Source: Candidatus Pyrohabitans jungbluthii | Lineage (GTDB): Archaea; Hydrothermarchaeota; Hydrothermarchaeia; Hydrothermarchaeales; BMS3B | DNA length: 64,000 bases | Direction of reading: 5' to 3' | Assembly (NCBI GenBank): GCA_002010065.2 | Contig: MTMD02000008.1 | Location: 128,001 to 192,000 of the forward strand | Shown: piece by piece, positions 17,991 to 27,511 of the stretch | Position numbering within the stretch: the stretch's first letter is position 1 | Layout of the letters: every line of letters starts with the position of its first letter | Notes under the pieces: generated by a model | Told to the model about the DNA's origin: nothing | The model's database searches: none | What the model saw: the letters and a program-made list of their open reading frames with translations, nothing else | Made by a program: the position numbers and the translations under genes

Positions 17991-19064
17991 GCGCGCGATT
18001 GCGTGGTACTTCTCCTTTTTGCCGAGCTTTGCTTCTTCCAGCGCTTCTTTTAGCAAGGAGATGCTCCTGTCGTAGTTTTCCCTGTCTACCGGGTAAGGGA
18101 AGCCGTCTTTGCCACCGTGGGCAAAGGAGTACTTTACCGGGTCCTGCCAGTCGCATTCTGCGCCGAATAAGAGCTCTGAGAGCAGCGCTAGGGCACGCAG
18201 AGTCTTTGCCCCTAACCCGCGCAGCGCCACAAGCTCCTCATAGTTAGAGGGCTGAATCTCATATGCTTTAGCCAGCGCCTGCCAGCCTTTCTCCGAGATA
18301 TCTACCCTGAGCACAGCATGGCGAGCGGGCATGGCGAGGGTGCTCGAAGAGAAGTCCGCTAAGGTAAGCTGCCCTTTTAGATACTTTCTGAGCCGCAGGG
18401 GGTTGTCCTTTACCAGGTCGACGCTTGCCTTTCTCACCTCCTCGCTCTGCTTAGCCACGAGGTTGAGTACCTGCTGTTCCCGCCTCTCGCTAGCGATGCC
18501 GGAGTGGGGCTCACAGGTGAAGCTTTTAACGCCTTCGCTGAGCCAGTGGTAACGCCGTGCATAGCGCTCATGCATACCCTGCTGAACCACACACCACTCG
18601 CCGCGCTGGGTGAAGATAAAGGCGTGGTGGTAGAGCGTATAGCCGTCCTGCACGCACGCGTTGTCCACCTTTGCGCTCAGCCTGCTCGCCCTTATGAGCT
18701 CCTCTGCTCGCTGAGATGCTAAGCCGAGCGTCTCAGATAGCTGGGCTATCTCCTCCGGAGCCCTGCGCGAAGTTTTACCTTTCCCTCCAGCCAGGGCGAT
18801 GCCGTGCTCCTCAGGCGAGAGTGCGAGTTTTAGAGCCCCTGTCGTGGTGGTAGTAGTGCCCGAAGAGTGCCAGTCAAAGCCCAGGGCGCACGCGAAGGCC
18901 TGAAACCAGAAGGGCGACGCCAACCTGCGTAGAAGCTCCTCCTCACTGTACTCGAAGACTATATAGTCCACCACAGCGCGGCTCAGCTTTACCATCCGCT
19001 TGAACAGCCAGGGCGGTGCTTTGCCTGAGTGGAGTGGAAGCTCTGCTATGCCCGAGCGCTTCAT
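17964..19064 (-). CDS. DUF763 family protein
   Basis: LPLH.GKAPPWLF.RM, DWHSSGTTT, AKVDN..VQDG, AHGGKDG.P.PV. Confidence 0.88.
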   Translation of the reverse strand: MKRSGIAELPLHSGKAPPWLFKRMVKLSRAVVDYIVFEYSEEELLRRLASPFWFQAFACALGFDWHSSGTTTTTTGALKLALSPEEHGIALAGGKGKTSRRAPEEIAQLSETLGLASQRAEELIRASRLSAKVDNACVQDGYTLYHHAFIFTQRGEWCVVQQGMHERYARRYHWLSEGVKSFTCEPHSGIASERREQQVLNLVAKQSEEVRKASVDLVKDNPLRLRKYLKGQLTLADFSSSTLAMPARHAVLRVDISEKGWQALAKAYEIQPSNYEELVALRGLGAKTLRALALLSELLFGAECDWQDPVKYSFAHGGKDGFPYPVDRENYDRSISLLKEALEEAKLGKKEKYHAIARLKDFLNPE

Positions 19065-19100
19065 AGTAGATAATAAAATCCTAACCAGTGAATTTGATGC

Positions 19101-19613
19101 CTACCACCTGTCGAGGTGCACCCTCTCCTCCATGTATTCTCCTTCTTCATGTGGGGCCTTTTGCTCGGCGGGTTTTCCTACTGTTATCATGCACTCCACA
19201 TTGTAGCCTTCTGGAATTCCCAAAAATTTCTTGACATACTCTTCCGCATCTCGCCCCTCATTTTCGCTGTCCCTTATCTGAATGAAGCAGGTGCCATATC
19301 CCAGGTCAGCTGCCTGGAGCATGATGTGAGCAGCGGCGATGCTAAGGTCCTCTATCCATCGCTTCGCCAGTTTCATGTCCGCTACAAGCACAATCACCAC
19401 TGGAGCTCCGGCAGCATGCGCAGCATATGGGGTAGCCTTGGAAAGCTTCTCCTTCAATTCAGGGTCCTTTACCACTACGAAATGCCACGGCTTAGCCCCC
19501 CAGGCTGAGGGAGCATACATCGCAGCCTCGAGAATCTTTTTCAAGTCTCCTTCTGGCACCTCCTCATTCCTATACTTCCTTATAGACCTCCTCCTACGCA
19601 TAGCTTCAAGCAT
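19101..19613 (-). CDS. Nitroreductase family protein
   Basis: RRSIRKY, APSA...PWHFVVV, IMLQA..LG.GTC; ATG after GGAGG. Confidence 0.9.
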   Translation of the reverse strand: MLEAMRRRRSIRKYRNEEVPEGDLKKILEAAMYAPSAWGAKPWHFVVVKDPELKEKLSKATPYAAHAAGAPVVIVLVADMKLAKRWIEDLSIAAAHIMLQAADLGYGTCFIQIRDSENEGRDAEEYVKKFLGIPEGYNVECMITVGKPAEQKAPHEEGEYMEERVHLDRW

Positions 19614-19761
19614 TGTTATCCCTCCTGCAATACATTGGAAGCCGGGACCATATATATCTTCTTGCACCCACAGCATAACGCCTGCTATAATAAAGTTTTA
19701 ATTTGTTATTATGAGTTCAACAGACGCGAACACATTAAAACGGAAGGAGGAGTGATGAAAG

Positions 19762-20133
19762 ATGTGCAAGAATGTGACACCACAGGAAGCATACAACATG
19801 ATTCAGAGGGATAAGAGCATTGAAATCCTCGATGTTAGAACCCCTCAGGAGTATTATAATGATGGACACATAAAGGGGGCGAAGCTAATCCCCATAAGCG
19901 AGCTCCAGTTCCGCCTGAGGGAGCTTAACCCAGCGAAGAAGTACCTGATATACTGCCGCACTGGTAACAGAAGTGCCCAGGTGTGCAGATTCCTCTCTCA
20001 GCTGGGGTTCAAGCACACCTACAACCAGATGGGCGGCATAGTGCAGTGGATCAGGTATGGGCTTCCCATCGAAGGGGGTATGCCATATCGCCGTACACCA
20101 GGGTTCTTTACGTTTAACCCATTTGGTCTCTGA
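19762..20133 (+). CDS. Single-domain rhodanese
   Basis: ILDVRTPQEY..GHIKGA, YCRTGNRS, GGIVQW. Confidence 0.9.
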   Translation: MCKNVTPQEAYNMIQRDKSIEILDVRTPQEYYNDGHIKGAKLIPISELQFRLRELNPAKKYLIYCRTGNRSAQVCRFLSQLGFKHTYNQMGGIVQWIRYGLPIEGGMPYRRTPGFFTFNPFGL

Positions 20134-20179
20134 AATTTTTTATACCCCCTCTACTTTATTTAATGGAGGAGGGTGACCA

Positions 20180-21328
20180 GTGAAAAACCTAAGAATACTT
20201 GCAGGAATCTTGACGGCGCTGTTGATAATATCCCTCGCCGCTGGTAACGCCTTCGCCGCTATGCCGGAGAAGGTAGCCCAAGCGGTTGCTGAAGGCGGCG
20301 TGGATATGAACCAGGAGCCAGGGTTCTTGGAAATCCCTGGTGCGCCCAAGGTTAACTTAGCCCTCGCCTTTCTGTGGGCAATCTGGGTAGGCTGGATATT
20401 CTCCACCGTCGGTGCCTTTGGCGGTGTGATGGCAGGCGTGGGACACCTCACTGTATTTGGGCTTGGAGACTACGCCTCAAGCTTTAAGAAGACCAACCCT
20501 ACGCTTAACAAGCTCATAACAGACAGCATACGCGTCTCCAACCAGTGGCTCGTTGGCTTCTCCGCCCTGATATCCACTATGAACTACTACAAAATGAGGC
20601 GTATCGTTGTGCCTTTAGGGCTAGCGCTTGGCAGCGGGGCTGTAATTGGGAGCCTAGCTACGCCCATCCTGACCGCTGGTAAGGTCTCCCTGAAGTCTTA
20701 TATCGGCTACTTCGGCTTATTCACCCTCTTCGTGGGCTTTGTGCTCCTCTACGAGAGCACCCCCAGGGCGCAGACTTCAAAAAAGAAGGCAGCGGAGGCA
20801 GCGAAGGCGTTCGAGGCGAAGGTGAGGGAGCTCAAAGAACAGGGAAGGCTGAAGGAGATAGAGAAAGAGGGCGTGCGCATGACAGAGACCAGCCCCACCA
20901 GGATGAGCTTTACCTTCTTTGGGCAGGAATTCAGCTTCAATCCCCTGTTCCCATTCTTCGGGGGGTTGGTGATTGGCTCCTTGGCTTCTCTCCTCGGCGT
21001 GGGTGGCGGCTTCCTGTATGTGCCATTCCTCACCAGCGTTGTTGGCTTACCCTACTTCATCGTGGCAGGAACCTCTGCGCTTACTGTGCTAATAGGCATG
21101 GTGGTGAGCATCTTCAGCTACATGGCTATAAAGGGCATTCCAGTGTACTGGGGGCTCATCGGCGTGGAGCTTCTCGGCGTGGCGATAGGTTCATACATAG
21201 GCCCAAAGACCTCCAAGTACTTCCCGGAGAGGTACCTGAAGATACTCTTCGCCATCCTTGCGTTCTATGTGGGCATAAGGTACCTCACCAAGGGATTCCT
21301 GGGTAGAAGCCTCCTCCCGCCCTACTGA
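20180..21328 (+). CDS. TauE/SafE (TSUP) sulfur-compound transporter
   Basis: GAFGG, LGVGGGFLYVP, AGTS and multiple TM helices. Confidence 0.88.
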   Translation: MKNLRILAGILTALLIISLAAGNAFAAMPEKVAQAVAEGGVDMNQEPGFLEIPGAPKVNLALAFLWAIWVGWIFSTVGAFGGVMAGVGHLTVFGLGDYASSFKKTNPTLNKLITDSIRVSNQWLVGFSALISTMNYYKMRRIVVPLGLALGSGAVIGSLATPILTAGKVSLKSYIGYFGLFTLFVGFVLLYESTPRAQTSKKKAAEAAKAFEAKVRELKEQGRLKEIEKEGVRMTETSPTRMSFTFFGQEFSFNPLFPFFGGLVIGSLASLLGVGGGFLYVPFLTSVVGLPYFIVAGTSALTVLIGMVVSIFSYMAIKGIPVYWGLIGVELLGVAIGSYIGPKTSKYFPERYLKILFAILAFYVGIRYLTKGFLGRSLLPPY

Positions 21329-21352
21329 GAGGGGTTTAGCCCCCTCTTTTTT
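21328..21352 (+). terminator. Hairpin plus T-tract terminator
   Basis: AGAGGGG-loop-CCCCTCT followed by a T run directly after the stop codon. Confidence 0.6.
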
Positions 21353-21374
21353 CTGGTTACACTTTTTATATTTC

Positions 21375-21980
21375 ATGGTCTCTATGAGCTTTGAAACCAT
21401 ATTTTCCATCATGGATTCTCTGCTTCTGCCATTTTTTGGACTTTCAGCAAGTCCAGCGAAATCCTATCTCATAGGTGTACTCTTCCTCGCCCTTTTAGCC
21501 AATCTTATTGGAGAAGTTTTCACTGATATCATCTTCAGAAAGAACATGGAAGAGATAGCCAGACTTAAGGCAGAGGCAGACAAGCTGGGAGAGCTCGCGA
21601 TGCTCGCCCTTTCTGTAGATAACCTCCAGGCATACGAAGCGTGCAACCGCAGAGCCAACGAGAACTTCAGCAGGCTCTTCTACCTTTCCATAGCGACGTC
21701 CGCCGCTTACCTTTGGGCAGGGTTCCTCACCCTTGGCTGGCTTCAGTCCCGCTTCATGGGCAGAGTGGAGTTCCTGCTCCCGTTTACCCTCCCCGGCTTC
21801 CCCGGAAGCTTCGGCTATGCAGGAGCATTTATCCTTGCATATGCGCTGGTGTATGTACTCTTCAAGCTCGTAAAACCCTACTTCTGGAAGGTTCCAGAAA
21901 TTTCCCCAGAGGAAGTTGAAAATTCCATACTCAGCCCTGAGGAAATTAGAGAGATGATGGAGCGGTTAAAGAAGAGCTAA
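21375..21980 (+). CDS. Hypothetical membrane protein (TM, coiled coil, two TM)
   Basis: Three hydrophobic segments with a charged helical linker. Confidence 0.7.
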   Translation: MVSMSFETIFSIMDSLLLPFFGLSASPAKSYLIGVLFLALLANLIGEVFTDIIFRKNMEEIARLKAEADKLGELAMLALSVDNLQAYEACNRRANENFSRLFYLSIATSAAYLWAGFLTLGWLQSRFMGRVEFLLPFTLPGFPGSFGYAGAFILAYALVYVLFKLVKPYFWKVPEISPEEVENSILSPEEIREMMERLKKS

Positions 21981-23095
21981 AGCAGGTTGTAAAGCGTATC
22001 CCTCTTCCTGGGCTCAAAGCCTGCATCGCGGATAAGCCTGCGAATCTCAGCTTCACTCATCATCTCGTTACTCGCGCCTGCGCTTCTTGATATATTCTCC
22101 TCCATCAGCGTGCCCCCGAAGTCGTTGGCGCCGAAGCCCAGCATTAGCTGCGCAAGCTTCCTTCCGAGCTTCACCCAGGACACCTGGATATTCCTGAAGT
22201 TGTCCAGATAGAGCCGGGATATCGCGTACACCTTTAGATCCTCCATGCCGGTTGCCCCGGGCTTGCTTGACCCCGAGGCGTATAGGGACGTGCGATAATG
22301 GATGAATGAGAGGGGCACAAACTCAGTAAAGCCCTGTGTTGAGTCCTGAATCTCGCGTATTATCCTGAGGTGCTCCACTTTATCGCTGGCGCTCTCCACG
22401 TGCCCGTAGAGCATCGTAGCGGTAGTGGGTATGCCGAGGCGATGCGCCTGGGTTATAACCTCCACCCATTCTTTGGTCTTGAGCTTCGCCGGGCAAATCT
22501 TGGCTCGAACCTCATCCACGAGGATCTCAGCCGCTGTGCCAGGCATTGAATCTAAGCCAGCCTCTTTCAGGGTTCTGAGGGTCTCCTTTATGCCTATCCC
22601 GCTCTTCTGCGCAGCATAGTAAACCTCCATGGGCGAGAAAGCATGGACGTGCACCTTGGCTGCGCTTTTAACCGCTTTGAGTATTGCTACGTAGTCCTCA
22701 AGGCTTGCCTCGGGATGAAGTCCGCCCTGGATACACACCTCGCTCGCACCTCTCGCCACCGCCTCCTTCGCGCGCTCAGCCACCTGCTCAGGGGTGAGAA
22801 GATAAGCCTCTGGTTCAGAGCTGCGCCTACGGAAGGCGCAGAAGGTACAGCTACCCACGCAGATGTTGGTAAAGTTGATGTTGCGATTTACAACGTAGGT
22901 TACGTAGGTCCCCGCACGCTGCTCGCGAAGCTTGTGCGCCACCATCCCTGCCAGGAACACAGCATCGCGGGGGGCATTAAATAGGTAAAGAGCCTCATCC
23001 TCAGTAATCCTCTCGCCTGCTAAGGCTTTTTCCAGTATCCTCAGCGCCTCTTCCTCCACATTGAAAAGCGAGGTAAGCGTGCTAGTCTCTAGCAT
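21977..23095 (-). CDS. cofH: FO synthase subunit CofH (radical SAM)
   Basis: NRNINFTNIC...C.FCAF, MPGTAAEIL, SWVKLG, GANDFGGTLMEE; adjacent to cofG. Confidence 0.93.
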   Translation of the reverse strand: MLETSTLTSLFNVEEEALRILEKALAGERITEDEALYLFNAPRDAVFLAGMVAHKLREQRAGTYVTYVVNRNINFTNICVGSCTFCAFRRRSSEPEAYLLTPEQVAERAKEAVARGASEVCIQGGLHPEASLEDYVAILKAVKSAAKVHVHAFSPMEVYYAAQKSGIGIKETLRTLKEAGLDSMPGTAAEILVDEVRAKICPAKLKTKEWVEVITQAHRLGIPTTATMLYGHVESASDKVEHLRIIREIQDSTQGFTEFVPLSFIHYRTSLYASGSSKPGATGMEDLKVYAISRLYLDNFRNIQVSWVKLGRKLAQLMLGFGANDFGGTLMEENISRSAGASNEMMSEAEIRRLIRDAGFEPRKRDTLYNLL

Positions 23096-24152
23096 ACCCA
23101 TCCTCCGTGGCGTATTGCGAGATAACCTCACCAACCCTTTCTGAATACCACCCTTTTGCGATGTACTTCGGGTATATGGGCAGACGCTGCCTGAGCGTGA
23201 GACCAAGCTCTTCAACGAGAAGGCGCATCTCCTCCACCCTGGGCCAGGCATCCTCCGGGTTTATGTAATCCTTAGTCAGCGGAGAAATCCCGCCCAGGTC
23301 GCTTGCTCCATGCAGGAGGAATATGGCGTAGGTGCTGGGGTTGAGGTTGGGTGGAACCTGAATATCCAGCTCAGGGAAAAGCTCACTCGAGGCACGGACC
23401 ACCTTCAGCATTCTGAATAGGGAAGGCTCTCGCGAATGCTGCATGGGTGTGCCTTTCTTTGGCTTGAAGTTCTGTATTATAATCTCCTGGATGTGCCCGT
23501 ATTTATCGCTCAGTTTCTTGAGTTGCATTAGCGAGAAAGCAACCTCCTCACTGGTCTCGCCTATACCGATGAGCAAACCTGTGGTGAAGGGGATGCGAAG
23601 CTTGCCTGCAAGCTTAATCATGCGCAGCCTTGCCTCAGGGCGCTTTCCGGGGCTGTGCTCATGGGGCATTCCTCTTCCACAAAGCCTCTCACTGGCGTTC
23701 TCCAGCATTAAGCCCATGCTGGCATTGACCTCGCGCAGTGCTCGCATCTCAGCCTCGCCTATCACCCCTAGATTTGAGTGGGGAAGCAGCCCCAGTTCAA
23801 GCGAAGCCTCGCACAGGTGGTACAGATACTCAATAACGCTGGCGTAGCCCATCTTTGAAAGCGCCTTCTCTATCTCCGGGTAAACCTCTGGCTTCTCCCC
23901 AAAGGTGAAGAGCGCCTCCCTGCATCCCTTCGCTGCACCTGCCTTTAGAATCCTGAGCACCTCTTCCTCTCGCATAATGTAGGGCTTATCAGAGCGAAAG
24001 CCGCAGTAGGCGCAGGCATTGCGACACGCGTTGGTGAGAGGAATGAAAACATTCTTTGAGTAGGTCACCACTTTCGGGATTCTCGCAGGTTTAAGGGAAG
24101 CAAAGCTCGCTGCAGTGGCGTTGAGTATTCTCACCACTTCCTCTGCCTGCAT
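23082..24152 (-). CDS. cofG: FO synthase subunit CofG (radical SAM)
   Basis: TYSKNVFIPLTNACRNAC.YC, SMGLMLE, QVPPNL, DLGGISP.T.DYINP. Confidence 0.94.
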   Translation of the reverse strand: MQAEEVVRILNATAASFASLKPARIPKVVTYSKNVFIPLTNACRNACAYCGFRSDKPYIMREEEVLRILKAGAAKGCREALFTFGEKPEVYPEIEKALSKMGYASVIEYLYHLCEASLELGLLPHSNLGVIGEAEMRALREVNASMGLMLENASERLCGRGMPHEHSPGKRPEARLRMIKLAGKLRIPFTTGLLIGIGETSEEVAFSLMQLKKLSDKYGHIQEIIIQNFKPKKGTPMQHSREPSLFRMLKVVRASSELFPELDIQVPPNLNPSTYAIFLLHGASDLGGISPLTKDYINPEDAWPRVEEMRLLVEELGLTLRQRLPIYPKYIAKGWYSERVGEVISQYATEDGYARD

Positions 24153-24309
24153 AGCACCGCCCTTTTGCCTAGCATGCGCAACCATACTTGTACTATTTGT
24201 CTTTCATTTTTGCTCTGGTTAACTTTTGGGGATTGATAACACCCTTACACACAAAAATATTATAAATTTTCTTGCAAAAAATTTATAACCCCCCAAAGTC
24301 ATATTAATT

Positions 24310-24861
24310 ATGTTTTTTCCCCGGAGGCGCAGGAGAGTGGATAACGGAAAATCTGTGCTCAGTGACCCAGAGGCCAAAAAGTTTCTTGTGGAGATCCTGG
24401 ATGAGGAAGGTCTGGACGTGGTTTACTCCCTTATCGACAGGCAGGCGACGGATGAGGAGATAGCAGAGGAGACGGGAATAAAGATAAACACTGTGCGCAG
24501 GGTGCTCTACAAACTCTACGACTACCGCCTTGCGTCTTATGTAAGAACCAAAGACTCCGAGATAGGGTGGTACATATACACCTGGAAGCTGGACCTGAAG
24601 AGGATATACGATCTCATCAAGCTCAGAAAGCAGCGCATACTGGATGAGCTTACCCGAGAGCTTGAGTCTATGCAGGACAAAGTTTTCTTCGCGTGCAAGA
24701 AGGACGAGAAGTACGTGCCCTTCGAAGAGGCCACTGAGTTAGGGTTCAAGTGCCCCGTTTGCGAAGGCGTGCTGGAGTACGTGGACGCCCAGGAGAGAAT
24801 ACAGCAGCTTCAGGAAGAAATTGAAAGGCTCCAGAAGGAGCTGAGTAATGGACACTACTGA
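24310..24861 (+). CDS. tfe: Transcription factor E alpha
   Basis: TDEEIAE.TGI.IN.VRR.LY.L, GWY.Y.W, FKCPVC; start may be GTG 24337. Confidence 0.93.
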   Translation: MFFPRRRRRVDNGKSVLSDPEAKKFLVEILDEEGLDVVYSLIDRQATDEEIAEETGIKINTVRRVLYKLYDYRLASYVRTKDSEIGWYIYTWKLDLKRIYDLIKLRKQRILDELTRELESMQDKVFFACKKDEKYVPFEEATELGFKCPVCEGVLEYVDAQERIQQLQEEIERLQKELSNGHY

Positions 24862-25381
24862 GGCTATAGATCTTCTGCGCAGGTGTCGTGTACCAGAGAA
24901 TGTGATTGAACATAGCTTAGCTGTTTTTGAACTCGCAAGCGAGCTTGCTTCTCGTGCCAAGGTGCCTCTCGATGAAGAGCTTGTAAAGGTTGGCGCTCTT
25001 CTCCACGATATAGGCAGAGCGAGGACGCACAGTATTAAGCATGCGCTGGAGGGGGCAAAGCTTGCCAGAAGCCTCGGCTTGGACGAGAGGGTTGTTAGGA
25101 TAATCGAGCGCCACATCGGCGCTGGCTTGGCAAAGGAGGAGGCAGCTTCGCTTGGCTTGCCCCCCCGGGATTATATACCTCAAACTCCGGAGGAGAAGCT
25201 CGTGGCATATGCAGATAACCTCATCTTAGGCACAAGGAGGCTCAGCTTTGAGGAGAGTCTGGAGAGGTTTAAAAAAATTCTGGGCGAGGAGCACCCTTCA
25301 ATAAAGAGGATGATCAAGCTTCACAGGGAGGTTACCTCCTGGCTTGACCACCAGGGGAGCAAAAGTCAGAAAAAGTCTTAA
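24848..25381 (+). CDS. HDIG-type HD-domain protein
   Basis: VIEHS, ALLHDIG, ERHIGAG, EEKLVAYAD; commonly next to tfe in archaea. Confidence 0.9.
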   Translation: MDTTEAIDLLRRCRVPENVIEHSLAVFELASELASRAKVPLDEELVKVGALLHDIGRARTHSIKHALEGAKLARSLGLDERVVRIIERHIGAGLAKEEAASLGLPPRDYIPQTPEEKLVAYADNLILGTRRLSFEESLERFKKILGEEHPSIKRMIKLHREVTSWLDHQGSKSQKKS

Positions 25382-26178
25382 CCTATGTAGCTCAGCCTCT
25401 CATCACCCTTCGCCGGTGCCTTGTACATCTCAGCGAGCTGCCTTGCATACTCCTCCATCTTTGCAAATTCCTTCTCCATGGCTTCAATCTGCTCGTCCAG
25501 CTCCTTTGTCGGGATTTCCATGCCCAGAAGCTTTGCGAGTGCCTTCACCGCAGCCTTGCTCGCCTTCGGGTCAGGATACATTCCCTGCGTCTCGGCGAGA
25601 AGACAAACGCTGCGGAAGCCGTTTTTCGCAGCGAGCGGTATCAGGATGCCGGCTAAACCAGTAGCTCCGAGGGTTCCCTTTGGAGCCTCAAGCAGAGGAA
25701 TTTCAGCCTTCTCAAGCATAGCTTTGGTTTCCTTATCCGCAACAACGCCATAGGTGCGGGGCTCTTCAATCTTCGCACCCGTGCCATAGCCGCCTAGTGT
25801 GTAGACCTCCTTAACACCCACCTCCTCACAAAAGTTTAAAATCGCGTGAGCCAGGTTGTAGTAGCTCTCGGGTGAGGTACCCTGATATATACCGGTGAGA
25901 ATATAAATCTCATTCTTCTCATCGTAGTATATCTCATCCTTATGCAGATCAACCAAGTTGTCATCCTCATAAACCACTCCCGGGAGAGCCACATTGGGAT
26001 ACAGGAAGTCCACAGAGTACAGGTTGGCTATTTTTTCAGCGCCAAGAGCGTCGATTACCTGCCTCCCTGCCATAAGTCCAACCTGTCCTACCCCAAGCAG
26101 CCCCTGAATGAACCTGCCGTGAGTCGCCTTCGGCTTCTTTATGAACTCAATTGTAGCTTTTCCCACTGTGAACCTCAT
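25378..26178 (-). CDS. PAC2-family proteasome assembly chaperone
   Basis: GL.GVG.VG, TLGG, LLAET.G..PDPKA, C-terminal YIG. Confidence 0.85.
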   Translation of the reverse strand: MRFTVGKATIEFIKKPKATHGRFIQGLLGVGQVGLMAGRQVIDALGAEKIANLYSVDFLYPNVALPGVVYEDDNLVDLHKDEIYYDEKNEIYILTGIYQGTSPESYYNLAHAILNFCEEVGVKEVYTLGGYGTGAKIEEPRTYGVVADKETKAMLEKAEIPLLEAPKGTLGATGLAGILIPLAAKNGFRSVCLLAETQGMYPDPKASKAAVKALAKLLGMEIPTKELDEQIEAMEKEFAKMEEYARQLAEMYKAPAKGDERLSYIG

Positions 26179-26219
26179 AAATTATAAGTTGTCTCCCAAT
26201 TGTATATAAAGGTATCTTG

Positions 26220-27113
26220 CTACGCCACGAGTCTGCAGAATGCACACCGCTGTGAAGTGGTGGGAAAACCACACACCTCGCACTCTATCGCTTCGCCTCT
26301 CTCTTCAGGAAGCGCAAACATGCTCCTGCGTTTCAGAAACTCCCTGTAGAAGTAGAGTTTTGTGCCCGGAGAGCGCTCCTCTATGCGGTTCAGTGCTTCC
26401 TTCATAGTTATACTGGTGGCACCCTCGGAGAAGGGACATTCCAGCTCATAGACATAGTCTATGCCCCTCGCAATCGCATAGGTTGCGGTCTCTCGCTCTG
26501 TGAGCAGGCAGAGCGGCTTCACCTTAGGCCTGAGCTTCGGATGCCACGCTTCTAAGCGCGGGGCCTGCCTAGCAAGAAGTTCAGTGTTCCAGCGCAGTAA
26601 GTTGGCGAGAAGCACGCTCGCTTCGTCGTCCAGATTGTGCCCCGTGGCGAGCACAGTGTAGCCTTCTTCGAGGGCAATACGGTTCATCTCATGGCGCTTT
26701 ACTATGCCGCAAACGCCGCACACGCTGCGCGTGCTTCGCCTCGCCAGCTTTGGGATGGTAACTCCATACTCCTCTCCCAGGTCAACCACGCGAAGCCTTG
26801 CTCCCCTCTGCTCAGCAAAGGCAAGAGCTTTGCGCTTTGAAAGCTCCGAGTAGTTCTCGCGTTTTATCCCGAGGTCTATGTATAACCCCTCCGCCTCATA
26901 GCCTAGCTCAAGCAGCACATCCCATAGGGCGAGGGAATCCTTGCCTCCAGACACTGCAACAAGCACGCGGTCTTTTTTGGAAAGCAAGCGATAGTCCTTT
27001 ATGGCGCGCTTTACCATCTGTTTAAAGCGCTCTATGAAGTGCTCCTCGCACAGAGCTAAGCGGTAGCTTCTCAGATGGATAATCGCCTGCTTCGAGCACT
27101 TGCTGCAGCGCAT
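26220..27113 (-). CDS. ttuA: tRNA 2-thiolation enzyme TtuA/NcsA
   Basis: N- and C-terminal Zn fingers, SGGKDS, CGVC, TGHNLDD, CP. Confidence 0.9.
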   Translation of the reverse strand: MRCSKCSKQAIIHLRSYRLALCEEHFIERFKQMVKRAIKDYRLLSKKDRVLVAVSGGKDSLALWDVLLELGYEAEGLYIDLGIKRENYSELSKRKALAFAEQRGARLRVVDLGEEYGVTIPKLARRSTRSVCGVCGIVKRHEMNRIALEEGYTVLATGHNLDDEASVLLANLLRWNTELLARQAPRLEAWHPKLRPKVKPLCLLTERETATYAIARGIDYVYELECPFSEGATSITMKEALNRIEERSPGTKLYFYREFLKRRSMFALPEERGEAIECEVCGFPTTSQRCAFCRLVA

Positions 27114-27308
27114 TCAACCACCTGAAATAGCGGAGATTATCTCCAGCACTTCGCCTTCCTTAAGGCGGTAGTCCTCAGTGACAAGTTTATTACCCACTTT
27201 CGCGACCACACCTTCGAGGCTTAAGCCGAGCATCTGAATTGCCTGTTTAACACTTGTACCTGCCTCTACGGTAACCTCTCTGCCCCTATATCTCACCGTC
27301 GCCGTCAT
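27114..27308 (-). CDS. ttuB: Ubiquitin-like sulfur carrier (TtuB/SAMP2-like)
   Basis: About 64 aa beta-grasp protein ending ISGG, abutting ttuA. Confidence 0.85.
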   Translation of the reverse strand: MTATVRYRGREVTVEAGTSVKQAIQMLGLSLEGVVAKVGNKLVTEDYRLKEGEVLEIISAISGG

Positions 27309-27409
27309 AGGGAAGAGTATCATGAAGAAAGGTAAAAATTTTTGGGTGATGTGAAGCGAAAAGTTTTTGTTATACCTTTTTAATATTACTTAATTAAGTT
27401 AGTTCACCC

Positions 27410-27487
27410 ATGGTTACTCAGAATCAGCAGCAAAAATTCCTGGCAGCCAGAGATAACCGCCGATATTGCTTTTCCGTACACAATTAA
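27410..27487 (+). CDS. Candidate 25-aa leader peptide upstream of speD
   Basis: ATG about 25 nt after TTTAATAT; MVTQNQQQKFLAARDNRRYCFSVHN*. No homology support. Confidence 0.3.
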   Translation: MVTQNQQQKFLAARDNRRYCFSVHN

Positions 27488-27511
27488 AATAAAGGCAGGT
27501 GAGAGAGATGG

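Noticed and set aside
27111-27116. TGA between ttuB and ttuA as selenocysteine
   Set aside because: The carrier needs a free C-terminal GG, the position is not a Cys-equivalent, and no SECIS-like element was seen.
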